NCBI GenBank assembly: GCA_965223845.1
Contig: CBDCXR010000004.1
Location: 5,120,001 to 5,184,000 of the forward strand
Direction: 5' to 3'
Source: Planctomycetota bacterium
Lineage (GTDB): Bacteria > Planctomycetota > UBA8108 > SXIK01
Length of the DNA: 64,000 nucleotides
This document shows, in pieces, positions 19,271 through 28,448 of the stretch. The position numbers and the translations under genes were made by a program. The notes beneath the pieces are model-generated. The model did not search any database, had not been told where the DNA came from, and saw only the letters and a program-made list of their open reading frames with translations. The first letter of the stretch is position 1, and every line of letters starts with the position of its first letter.

Positions 19271-20650
19271 TCACATCGTCAAGTAGCGAAGCGAACCCGT
19301 GCTGTCGCCGAACGACTCGACCGGAGCGCCGGCGCGCTCGAGCATCGACACGAAAAGATTGCAGACGGGCGTCTCGTGCGAGTAGCTGATGTGCCGGCCG
19401 GTATCGATGGTCCCGCCGCCTCCGCCCGCGAGGACGATCGGCAAATTCTCGTTGTTGTGGCGGTTGCCGTCGCTGAGCCCACTTCCGTAGACGATCATCG
19501 AGTTGTCGAGAAGCGTGCCGTCGCCCTCGGGGATCGACTTCAGACGCTCGAGGAAGTAGGCGAGCTGCTCGACGTGGAAGCGATTGATCTCGCGGATCTT
19601 CGCGTGATTCTCGGGGCGTCCCTGGTGGTGGGAGAGTTGATGGTGCCCTTCGGAAACGCCGACTTGGCGGTAGCTCCGATTGCTTCCCGCGCTCGCGAAC
19701 ATGAACGTCGACACGCGAGTGACGTCGCCCTGGAACGCGAGGACCATCATGTCGAGGAGAAGACGCAGATGCTCTTCGTACTCGAGGCTCTCACCCGCCG
19801 TGCTCGGGAGCCCGCTCGGCTCGACGAGCTCGCCATCGATCTTGACGGCGGAATCGAGTCGGCGCTCGATCTCGCGGACTCCCGTTAGATACTCTTCGAT
19901 CTTTCGTCCGTCGGTAGCGCCGAGGCGGGCCTTCAAGCGGCGCGCGTCATCGAGAACGAAATCGAGAATGCTGAGGCGCTGCGCCTCGCGACGTTTCTTC
20001 GATTTGTCGACGTCGCGCGCGATGTCCCCCGCGAAGAGCCGGTCGAACACGCGGCGCGGGTCGAGCTCCTTCGCCATCGGCGTCGTCGGAGAACGCCACG
20101 AGATGTTGTGTGAATAGGCGCAGCTATACCCCGAATCGCAATTCCCCGCGTTGCGTCCGCCTTCAGCCGCGAGCTCGAGCGACGAAAAGCGCGTCGCTTT
20201 TCCGATGCGTGCGGCTGCGACCTGGTCGACCGAGACGCCGACGCGGATGTTCGCGCCCGAGGTCTTGATCGGTTGAGCTCCCGTAAGAAATACGGACGCC
20301 GAGCGCGCGTGGTCCCCCGCGCCGTCGCCGTTCGCGCGCCCCTTGTCGTGAGTGAGTCCGCTCAGAACGAGAATGTCGTCCTTCACGCTGCTCAGCGGCT
20401 TCAGGATGAAGGGGAGCTCGTAGCGCGATCCTTCTGCGGTCGGAGTCCAATCCGGCATGTGCGCGCCGTTCGGGACGAAGATGTAACCCATGCGGACCGG
20501 CGGCTTCGCGGAGCGCTTCGCCGACGATCCGAGTCCGCCCGCGAGAGCGGTCGCCGGCACCATCGCTTCGAGGAAGGGAAGCGCCACCGCGGTTCCGACT
20601 CCCCGGAGCACCGCCCGCCGCGAGATCGTTCCGTCGCTGCTCGTCGTCAT
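19271..20650 (-). CDS. DUF1552 (HXXSHH) protein with twin-arginine-like leader
   Basis: Start MTTSSDGTISRRAVLRGVGTAVALPFLEAM overlapping upstream stop (ATGA); FVPNG, GDHAR, SVDQVAA, CDSGYSCAYS, GHHQLSHH, GTLLDNS. Confidence 0.93.
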   Translation of the reverse strand: MTTSSDGTISRRAVLRGVGTAVALPFLEAMVPATALAGGLGSSAKRSAKPPVRMGYIFVPNGAHMPDWTPTAEGSRYELPFILKPLSSVKDDILVLSGLTHDKGRANGDGAGDHARSASVFLTGAQPIKTSGANIRVGVSVDQVAAARIGKATRFSSLELAAEGGRNAGNCDSGYSCAYSHNISWRSPTTPMAKELDPRRVFDRLFAGDIARDVDKSKKRREAQRLSILDFVLDDARRLKARLGATDGRKIEEYLTGVREIERRLDSAVKIDGELVEPSGLPSTAGESLEYEEHLRLLLDMMVLAFQGDVTRVSTFMFASAGSNRSYRQVGVSEGHHQLSHHQGRPENHAKIREINRFHVEQLAYFLERLKSIPEGDGTLLDNSMIVYGSGLSDGNRHNNENLPIVLAGGGGGTIDTGRHISYSHETPVCNLFVSMLERAGAPVESFGDSTGSLRYLTM

Positions 20651-23028
20651 CGTTCTGCTCCTTCCCCCCGGCGCATCCTGAACGGAGCGGACCGGACAAC
20701 TCCGTGAATCATGGTCGTCAGCTTGTAGTCGTCTCGGGCGGCCGCTTCGACGATGGCGTCCACCGCGCACTTGTCATAATACTCGAGCCCGCGCCCGATG
20801 GCGTAGGTGAGAAGCTTCTCCGCGAGCGCCTCGGCGAAGCGGTTCGCGTCCTCGAGGAGGATTTTCTTGAGCCCCTCTGGGCCATCGAACTTCCGGCCAC
20901 TCGGGAGCTCGCCGGACGCGTCGATGAGAAACGTCCCATCGAATTCGCGCCACGCGCCGATGCCGTCGTAGTTCTCGAACGCGAAGCCGAGCGGATCCAT
21001 CTTGCGATGGCACTGCGCGCAACTCGGGTCCTCGCGGTGCTTTTCCAAGCGTTCGCGAAGCGAACCGGAGAGAATCGCTTCCTGCTCTTCGCTGAGATCG
21101 CTCACGCCGGGTGGCGGCGGTGGCGGCGGCGCCGCGAGGATCTCTTCGAGAATCCAGAGGCCGCGCTTCACGGGCGACGTGCGCGTCGGATTCGACGTCA
21201 GCGTGAGGATACTCGCTTGCGTGAGGAGACCGCCGCGGTCCCCGGCATCCACGCGGCGGAATTGAGGGCCCTCGACATCCTCCATGCGGTAGTGCCGAGC
21301 GAGTCGCTCGTTCACGAACGTGTAGTCTGCATCGATGAAGTCGAGGATGCTGCGGTTCTCGCGCAATACGTACGCAAAAAACGTCTCCGTCTCGGTGCGC
21401 ATCGCGTCGCGCAGCTCCTCGTCGAACGAGGGGAAGGCCTCGCGGTCGGGCTCGACGCCGGCGAGCTGGCGCGTCTTGAGCCACTGACCGGCGAAGTTCT
21501 CGACGAACGCGCGCGCCTTCGGATCCGCGAGCATGCGATCAATTTGCGCGCGGAGAATCGCGTCCTCGGAGAGACGGCCGTCTTCCGCGAGGCCAAACAG
21601 CTCGGCGTCGGGCATGCTGCTCCAGAGAAAGTAGGAGAGCCGCGACGCGAGCTCCCAGTCGCTCACCGGCCCAATCTCGGCCGCGTCGCTTGGGTTCGGA
21701 TGGAGCTCCACGCGGAAGAGGAAGTGCGGTGAGACGAGAACGGCCCCGAGCCCGACGCGGATCGCTTCCTCGAACGGTGCCCGCTCCTCCACCGCATTCG
21801 TGACGAGCTCGACGAGTCGATTGAGCTCGGCGTCTCTGAGCGGCCGACGGTAGGCTCGCCGGCCGAACGCGGCCAGGATTTCTCGTGAGGCGCGCGCGAC
21901 ATCGTGCTTCGAGTCCGGGCGCGCGATGAGTACGGGCGGCGGGCCGTCGACCGTCTGCTTCGCGGGGACGACGTCGACCCAATCGAAGAAAAAGTTTCGG
22001 TCACCGCGGAGCGCCGGATCCGGGTGGCGGTCGTTGACGTAGTTGTTGACGTACGCGACGCCGATGCGATTCTTCCCCCGTTCGACGCGCGTTCGCGCCG
22101 TGTAGACGCGCGGGCTGTCCTCCTCCGCGGCGACGTCGACCACACGGACGTCCTTTCCGCCCAAGCGTATCGCCATGCGCGCGACTTCGGGCCCCGCCTG
22201 CTGCGCAAAGGCGCGGACGCGAAAGACGAACTCACCCGCGTGCGGAAACTCGTACTCGGTGAACGCCTCACCCGTTCGATAGAGCCCGAGAAATCCACCG
22301 GCGAACGGCTGCGCGGCGGCGTCGTTTTCCGCGTCCCACGCCTCGGCCTCGAGTCGCACGCTTCGATCCGGGCGCTGGCGCTCTCGCTCGAGCGCGACGT
22401 CGAGCACGGACTCCGCGGCGTCGAGGTACTTCTCGAAGAGGAGCGGCGGCATCGAGAGGACGTCGCCGATGTTGTCGAAACCGTAGCCGACGTCGTCGGC
22501 GGGAAACTGATCGCCGGGACGAACGTCGACGCCGAGGAGATCTCGTACCGTGTTGTTGTACTCCGCGCGATTGAGGCGGCGAATCGTGACGCGACCGGGG
22601 TCGACCTCACCCGAGCAGTCGTAGCTCTCGAGCTGGTGGTGAATCCACGCGCTGATCGCCTGGCGCTCGGCTTCGTCGGGCTGCCGCTTGTCCGAGGGTG
22701 GCATCTCGCGCTGAACGAGCATGTCGAGCACCTTCTCCCACGTCTTCCGATCCTTGAGGACGGAGTCGGGGCTCGTGTAGATGCTCAGGTTCAGCTTCGC
22801 CGTCTGCTTCCGCCGGCCGTGACAGCTCGTACAGTAGCGGCGGAAGAACGGGCGGACGTCGCGCTCGAAGTCGAGCGTCTCGCCCGCGGCGGCGGTGGCC
22901 GGACGAGCCTCCTCGCCGCTCGGAGTCGGCGGATCGTCCGCCGCGAGCGCGAGACTCGGGCCACGGAGTCCCGGGAGACCGACTAAAATCGCGGCGAGGA
23001 CGGCCGCGACGGGGGCGCGCGCGTTCAC
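20647..23028 (-). CDS. DUF1592-family protein (PSD domains, two CxxCH motifs) with inserted CBM60-like module
   Basis: GTG start after GAAAGG; CTSCH, MPP, RRLNRAEYNNTVRDL, GFDN, RAYRRP, SPHFLFR, ASRLSYFLWSSMPD, RTSPVKRG, CAQCH; insert FRVRAFAQQAG...DRNFFFDWV. Confidence 0.92.
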   Translation of the reverse strand: MNARAPVAAVLAAILVGLPGLRGPSLALAADDPPTPSGEEARPATAAAGETLDFERDVRPFFRRYCTSCHGRRKQTAKLNLSIYTSPDSVLKDRKTWEKVLDMLVQREMPPSDKRQPDEAERQAISAWIHHQLESYDCSGEVDPGRVTIRRLNRAEYNNTVRDLLGVDVRPGDQFPADDVGYGFDNIGDVLSMPPLLFEKYLDAAESVLDVALERERQRPDRSVRLEAEAWDAENDAAAQPFAGGFLGLYRTGEAFTEYEFPHAGEFVFRVRAFAQQAGPEVARMAIRLGGKDVRVVDVAAEEDSPRVYTARTRVERGKNRIGVAYVNNYVNDRHPDPALRGDRNFFFDWVDVVPAKQTVDGPPPVLIARPDSKHDVARASREILAAFGRRAYRRPLRDAELNRLVELVTNAVEERAPFEEAIRVGLGAVLVSPHFLFRVELHPNPSDAAEIGPVSDWELASRLSYFLWSSMPDAELFGLAEDGRLSEDAILRAQIDRMLADPKARAFVENFAGQWLKTRQLAGVEPDREAFPSFDEELRDAMRTETETFFAYVLRENRSILDFIDADYTFVNERLARHYRMEDVEGPQFRRVDAGDRGGLLTQASILTLTSNPTRTSPVKRGLWILEEILAAPPPPPPPGVSDLSEEQEAILSGSLRERLEKHREDPSCAQCHRKMDPLGFAFENYDGIGAWREFDGTFLIDASGELPSGRKFDGPEGLKKILLEDANRFAEALAEKLLTYAIGRGLEYYDKCAVDAIVEAAARDDYKLTTMIHGVVRSAPFRMRRGEGAER

Positions 23029-23240
23029 GTAAAACCTTTCGCAGCAATATCCTGTGCGGCCAATGATCGTAACGGCCGGGCGCTCCATTTTGGAGGAGAA
23101 GCTCCGCGGATCTTTGACGACAATCGCGGGCCGCGGGCGTCCACGCACCGTCCGCGGAGCGCGGGCTCAGCACCCCGCACGCCGCTCGGTTCGGACGGAG
23201 CGCGCTCGGCTCGTCGCAAGACCTTGCCTCTCGGCTCTTT

Positions 23241-24152
23241 ATGAAACCCCTCCCGCCCCGGAAAGTTCTCCTCACCGGCGTCACCTCCATCCATGGTTGG
23301 CCGATGTTTTCGGCCCTTCACGACCGCGCTCCTGGCTCCGTGCTCGGCATTCGACCGCCGGGGACGGCAGCTCCGGACGGTGAAGACGTACGCGAGGCGT
23401 GCGTCACGGACGAAAACGCGTTGCGCAGACTTCGCGACGAGTTCGCTCCCGACGTCGTGATCCACGCCGGCGGCGTCTGCGATCTCGACGTCTGCGAAGC
23501 GCGCCCGCGGTGGGCGGAAGAGCTCAACGTCGGCGGTACGCGAACGGCCGCACGAGTCTTTCGCGACGTCGAGCTGTTCGTTTACTGCAGCACGGACCTC
23601 GTCTACAGCGGACGGCGACCGCCCCCGAACGGATATCGAGAGAAGGATCCCGTCGACCCGATCAGCGTCGTCGGTCGAACCTACGCGCGAGCCGAGCGCG
23701 AGGCGAGCACCGTCAGCCGCCATCTCATCCTTCGTCTCGGCCTTCCGCTCGGCGCGTCGATTCAGGGCGACAAGGGCGCGGTCGACTGGATCGAGAGCCG
23801 ATTTCGAAGGCGACTCCGAGCGACGCTCTTCTACGACGAGGTGCGGAGCGCGATCCCTTGCGACGAACTCGCCCGTGCGGCGCTCGAGATCGTCGATCGA
23901 ATCGACGAAGCGCCGCGAGGCGTGCGGCATCTCGGCGGCGAGCGCGGGATGAGCATCTACGACATCGGCCGAGACGTCCTCGAACGCGGCGGATACGACC
24001 CCGCGCTTCTCGAACGTCGTTCGCGGCTCGACGAGATCGACGGCCCACCGCGGATCGGAGATGTGCGGCTCGATTCGTCGGCGTTTCGTCGTTGGTCGTC
24101 GGATCTGGAACTAGCCCGAGTTAGGTCGCGCACCGCCGAGGAGTTACATTGA
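23241..24152 (+). CDS. RmlD-like extended SDR with degenerate catalytic motif
   Basis: VLLTGVTSIHG, PDVVIHAGG, CEARP..AEELNV.GT, STDLVYSG, YREKDPVDPISVVGRTY. Confidence 0.8.
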   Translation: MKPLPPRKVLLTGVTSIHGWPMFSALHDRAPGSVLGIRPPGTAAPDGEDVREACVTDENALRRLRDEFAPDVVIHAGGVCDLDVCEARPRWAEELNVGGTRTAARVFRDVELFVYCSTDLVYSGRRPPPNGYREKDPVDPISVVGRTYARAEREASTVSRHLILRLGLPLGASIQGDKGAVDWIESRFRRRLRATLFYDEVRSAIPCDELARAALEIVDRIDEAPRGVRHLGGERGMSIYDIGRDVLERGGYDPALLERRSRLDEIDGPPRIGDVRLDSSAFRRWSSDLELARVRSRTAEELH

Positions 24153-24156
24153 ATCC

Positions 24157-24651
24157 ATGAAACTGTTCGCCCTCGTCGCCTGCATGTTTCTATCCGCCGC
24201 CTGCTGGCGGCGCGCGCCGCTGCCACCGAGCGCGTTCGCCCGGGATCTACCGCTTATCGATGGGCTCGAGTACGCCAGCAGCGCGATCGCCGGCGTCGAG
24301 ATGGGCGGGTCTCAATTGCGAAGCTCAACCAACACCAGCGGAACGGGAATGGGAACCATCACCGGGCGAACGATTGTCGCATCGCTCCATTGCCCGGCGG
24401 AAAAGCGAGGCGAGTTCGTCCGCGCGCTCGCGCAGTTCTTTCGGGACGAGATCGAAGCTGCCGGGGGATTTCTCAAGGAAATCCCACGGGGCGCGGTTGT
24501 TCGCGACGGAGCGTGGTTCGATCTCGAATACGGCATTAAGCCCGATGGGGCCGCGGGCAAGATCAGCGTCCGTTTCTCCGACGAGGATGCCGGAGATTCG
24601 CGGTTTTCTCACCGCGTCGTACTCGTCTTTCACGAGAGCGTCGAGCACTGA
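24157..24651 (+). CDS. Lipoprotein of unknown function, paralog A
   Basis: Lipobox MKLFALVACMFLSAAC; shares HCPAEKRxEFVRAxAQxFRxEIExAGGFL with next gene. Confidence 0.8.
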   Translation: MKLFALVACMFLSAACWRRAPLPPSAFARDLPLIDGLEYASSAIAGVEMGGSQLRSSTNTSGTGMGTITGRTIVASLHCPAEKRGEFVRALAQFFRDEIEAAGGFLKEIPRGAVVRDGAWFDLEYGIKPDGAAGKISVRFSDEDAGDSRFSHRVVLVFHESVEH

Positions 24652-24710
24652 GCTCGGCTCGTCCCGAACGCGACCTCGGTGGCACTCGACCCCACAGCTA
24701 GACTGGCCCC

Positions 24711-25208
24711 ATGAAGCTGAAGCTGCTCTTTCTCACGACCTGCGTTCTTCTCTCGGCCGCCTGCTCGCGGCGCCCGCCGCTTTCACCGAGCTCGTTCGCG
24801 GAGAGTCCTCTACTCTACGAGGCGCTCGAGGACGCCGCCGACGGGATCGATGGCATCCGATTCGGCGGAAGCCAGTCGGGAAGCTCGAGCGGCAGCCGAG
24901 GTGTCGATCAGGAAACCGTCACGGAGAGAGCGATCGTCGCGGCGATCCACTGCCCAGCGGAGAAGCGGAACGAGTTCGTGCGCGCCGTGGCGCAGTCCTT
25001 CCGGGAAGAAATCGAGCTGGCCGGGGGGTTCCTCGAGGAGATCCCACCGGGCGCCGACTTGAGCAACGGCGAGAAGATCGAGCTCAAATACGGCATCGAA
25101 ATCGACAACGCCGAGGGCAAGATCAGGATCCGTATCTCGGACGCAGATGCGAGCTCATCGTTTCCTCACCTGGTCGGCGTCGAGTTGGTGGAGACGGTCA
25201 CGTACTGA
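24711..25208 (+). CDS. Lipoprotein of unknown function, paralog B
   Basis: Lipobox MKLKLLFLTTCVLLSAAC; colinear similarity to upstream gene. Confidence 0.8.
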   Translation: MKLKLLFLTTCVLLSAACSRRPPLSPSSFAESPLLYEALEDAADGIDGIRFGGSQSGSSSGSRGVDQETVTERAIVAAIHCPAEKRNEFVRAVAQSFREEIELAGGFLEEIPPGADLSNGEKIELKYGIEIDNAEGKIRIRISDADASSSFPHLVGVELVETVTY

Positions 25209-25242
25209 GCCCCATCGAACTCTCGAGGGGAACGTTCGGGCT

Positions 25243-27555
25243 TCACTTCGCGTGCAGGCGAATTCGACTCACCGCGCAATTGTTTCCCTCGAGACGCCGG
25301 GCGACGACGGAGAGCGTCCCTTCGCGCGTGTCCCTCGCTCCGATCGGAATCGCGACCGGACCGTCGCCTCGCCCGACAAAACAGCGCTCGTCGTTTAGAA
25401 GATACTCCTGCACGCGTCCGCCGCGGTCGCCTTCGATGACCAGATGGCCGCGAAAGCTCTTCGGAACGCGCAGCTCGAACTCGAGCGGCTGATTGTCGTA
25501 CCGGCGGTCGTGATAGAACCATTGGTGGCTCGAGCCATCGGTCCACGCGAGCCCGCTCCGCACGCGATGCGCAAAGCCCTCGGCCTTCTCGGCGACACGG
25601 TCGGCGCGCGACGTCCAACGAGTGTTCCCGTCGGCTCGCTTCGCCTGCGCGCCACACGCGACATCGAGCACCCGCTTGCCGAGCGCGGGTGGATGGTGAA
25701 CTCGGAGCGCAGCGAGCGCTCCGTTCAGTCCCGAATGCTTCGCGAGCTCGACCTCGAGCTTCCGGTCACGGCTGTGGCGGGGCCGAATTGCGAGATAAAC
25801 CTCACGCTCGTAGGTCGCTGAACCGCGCGGGTCGCCGTCGACGCGGATCCCGTAGGATCGGCCGGTCTCCGGGACGAGAACGGCGACGCCGGCGAACTCG
25901 GCCGGGACGTCGATGACGACCTGCATCGGACGGCCGCCGTGGCGCGGATCGCTGAAGAACCAGTGGTGACCCGACGGTTCCTTCCAGGAGAGGCCGTTCC
26001 GAACGCGGTACGCGAAGCCTCTCGACGCACGGCCGCGATCGTACGCTCGTTTCCACGGGACGCCCTGCCCGGCGGGGCCTCGAACGCCGCACTCGACCCG
26101 AAGCGCGACCGGTCCGAACGCGGGCGCTTCGGCGCGACAATTCCACGTGACGAAACCCCAGCGCGTGAGAAGCTCGAGCGACGCGAGGTCTCCGTCGACG
26201 AGATAGTCGATGTACACGCTACTCACGAGGCGCGGATTGCGCAGGTCTCGCTTCTCGAGTGGATACGTTTTTGCGCGAAGTGCTTTCCGCAATCGATCGT
26301 GAAAACCGCGCAGCAGCGTCTCGTCGCGAAGGAAGAGCTGATAGAAAACGTAGTTCCAAATGAGATAGTACGGCCGGTTCTCGCGGGGCTGTCGTTCCGT
26401 GCGAAAGTACTGCGCGACGTTGATACCGAACTCGTCGAGACCGGCGCGCCGGATCGCTTCAGGGTCCTTCCCACGAAAGGGCGGCCACGCGGCTTCTTCC
26501 TTCGTCTTCCCCCAGAGCTTGACGTCGCCGAGGCAGCAGGCGAAGAACGCCTCGCCTTCGCGAATCCAGGCGGGCATGTCGCCGTTGCTGGCATAGTTCT
26601 CCTGAAAGCAGTGCGTCATTTCGTGGGTGACGTTCCCCGATTCCGGGTTGAGGAGTCCCTCCTCGTCGACGAAAAACGTACTTCCCGATGCGTGCGCCGC
26701 ACCACCCGCCGAATCCTTGGCGGCGCTCACACAGAACGTGAGCGGGAGCGACGGCGGCTCGTGGCCGAGCTCGGCGCGAAGAAACTCATAGACTTTTTCG
26801 AGCCGCTCGAACACCTCGTCGACTCGCTTGAGAGTCGCGTTCTTCGTGTGCGGCGAGAAGAAGATGCGGAAGTGCCCTTTTCCGCGTCGATCGAAGCGGA
26901 GACGCCGGCGAAGAGGCGGCGGGATCGCGTTCGCTTCGCTCACGGAAGCGGCGTCGAGAAGGATCTCCCCCGGCTTGGCGGGCGTGAGCTCGAGCGAGTA
27001 GCTTCCACCCCGGAGCGCTCCGAGCGCGAGCGTCCCCACAGCGAACGACTCGCGCTGAATCTGTTCCTGGAGGCGGAGACGGCCCTTCCACGCGACTCGA
27101 TCGCCTGCACCTCGAATCTCGACGCCGAGAGATGCGCCTCTCGACAGCGCCGAGTAGCGAATCGCGAGAACGGCGGTGTCGAAATCGCGCTCCGTCTCAA
27201 ACGGGATCTCGAGTCGATCGTCGCGGCCGCGCCCCCACCCGTTTCCGATCGCGTAACCGCGTGAAGCGACCATCGAATGAAGGGGTTGTTCCGCGCCCCG
27301 CACTTCGCCCGTCTTGAACGCGGTTTCGAGCTCGATCGTAATCGCATCGGAAGCGATGGCCGGTTCCGAACGGAGTGGCGCCCACGGCCAGCTCACCATC
27401 GCTCCGACGGCTAACGCGGCGATCAGACACCCGAGTCTGCCGGTGAAGAGATCCAAACGAAGGGCGCGGAGGAAGACGAGTCGAAGGCGATGGTGAGGAG
27501 TCGAGTCCGGAGAGGCGGAATCGACGCGAGAGCTCGGTCGCACTGCTTCCTCCAT
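25243..27555 (-). CDS. Membrane-anchored gluzincin-like metallopeptidase with N-terminal beta-sandwich and duplicated C-terminal domain
   Basis: Likely start MEEAVRP (uncertain); TM LGCLIAALAVGAMVSWPW; VTHEMTHCFQ...PAWIREGEA; two GFAxRVRxGLxW...HxWF units. Confidence 0.78.
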   Translation of the reverse strand: MEEAVRPSSRVDSASPDSTPHHRLRLVFLRALRLDLFTGRLGCLIAALAVGAMVSWPWAPLRSEPAIASDAITIELETAFKTGEVRGAEQPLHSMVASRGYAIGNGWGRGRDDRLEIPFETERDFDTAVLAIRYSALSRGASLGVEIRGAGDRVAWKGRLRLQEQIQRESFAVGTLALGALRGGSYSLELTPAKPGEILLDAASVSEANAIPPPLRRRLRFDRRGKGHFRIFFSPHTKNATLKRVDEVFERLEKVYEFLRAELGHEPPSLPLTFCVSAAKDSAGGAAHASGSTFFVDEEGLLNPESGNVTHEMTHCFQENYASNGDMPAWIREGEAFFACCLGDVKLWGKTKEEAAWPPFRGKDPEAIRRAGLDEFGINVAQYFRTERQPRENRPYYLIWNYVFYQLFLRDETLLRGFHDRLRKALRAKTYPLEKRDLRNPRLVSSVYIDYLVDGDLASLELLTRWGFVTWNCRAEAPAFGPVALRVECGVRGPAGQGVPWKRAYDRGRASRGFAYRVRNGLSWKEPSGHHWFFSDPRHGGRPMQVVIDVPAEFAGVAVLVPETGRSYGIRVDGDPRGSATYEREVYLAIRPRHSRDRKLEVELAKHSGLNGALAALRVHHPPALGKRVLDVACGAQAKRADGNTRWTSRADRVAEKAEGFAHRVRSGLAWTDGSSHQWFYHDRRYDNQPLEFELRVPKSFRGHLVIEGDRGGRVQEYLLNDERCFVGRGDGPVAIPIGARDTREGTLSVVARRLEGNNCAVSRIRLHAK

Positions 27556-27857
27556 CGTTTCGCCCAGGCGTATTCGCACGCGGCCCTCGGGAGATCGAAC
27601 TGGCTCCGCTGCATTTAGGACGCCGACCGCAGATCCTTTCTTAGGATCGAGTTCGGCCAGTGCCGGGACGGCTTGGCGAGGCTCGAGTCCCGCGGGCGAC
27701 GGCCCCGGCCCACGCTCACGGCCAAACGCCCCGTCCGCGTTGCCTTCCGCTGGCCGCGACGTTGCAACTCGCATCGCCACCCCGGAAAATCGACCTCTCC
27801 CGCGCGGCCCGGGAACATCTTCCGAACCATGACCGTGAGCCCACGAGACCCCTCGAC

Positions 27858-28448
27858 GTGTCCGACCGCGCAGCCATCGAGCTCCTCTCCCGAGTGTCCG
27901 ACGGGGACAGCGACGCCGCACGCGAGCTGATGCCGCTCGTCTACGACCGCCTCCGGGAGCTCGCCCAGAGTTACTTCCTGCGTGAGCGGGCGGGACACAC
28001 CCTTCAGCCGACGGCCCTGGTCAACGAGGCCTTCGTTCAGCTAGCCCACCGCGATGATCGTGACTGGGCGGGTCGAACCCACTTCTTCGCGATCGCATCG
28101 AGCGAGATGCGTCGCATCCTCGTCGACCACGCCCGGCAAAAGCGCGCGGTCAAGCGCGGCGGCGATCGACAGCGAGTGACCCTCGATGGCGTCGCGGTCG
28201 AGCTCGCGCCGCAGATCGACGCGATCGCACTCGACGAGGCCCTCGCCTCGCTCTCGGAGATCGATGCTCGGGCGGCGCGCGTCGTCGAGCTCAGGTTTTT
28301 CGGAGGCCTCACCGTGGATGAGGTCGCGGCGATTCTCGGTGTCACGTCGCGCACGGTCCGACACGACTGGCGAGCCGCGCGGGCCTGGCTCCTTTCCGAG
28401 CTCGAAGAACGAGAGGGCGATGGATTCTCGCCGGTACGAGAGAGCTAA
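27858..28448 (+). CDS. ECF sigma factor, ECF43/TIGR02999-like
   Basis: LMPLVYDRLRELA, ERAGHTLQPTALVNEAF, RTHFFAIA..MRRILVDHAR..KRGG, ARVVELRFFGGLT, RTVRHDWRAARAWL; GTG start estimated; overlaps kinase start. Confidence 0.93.
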   Translation: MSDRAAIELLSRVSDGDSDAARELMPLVYDRLRELAQSYFLRERAGHTLQPTALVNEAFVQLAHRDDRDWAGRTHFFAIASSEMRRILVDHARQKRAVKRGGDRQRVTLDGVAVELAPQIDAIALDEALASLSEIDARAARVVELRFFGGLTVDEVAAILGVTSRTVRHDWRAARAWLLSELEEREGDGFSPVRES

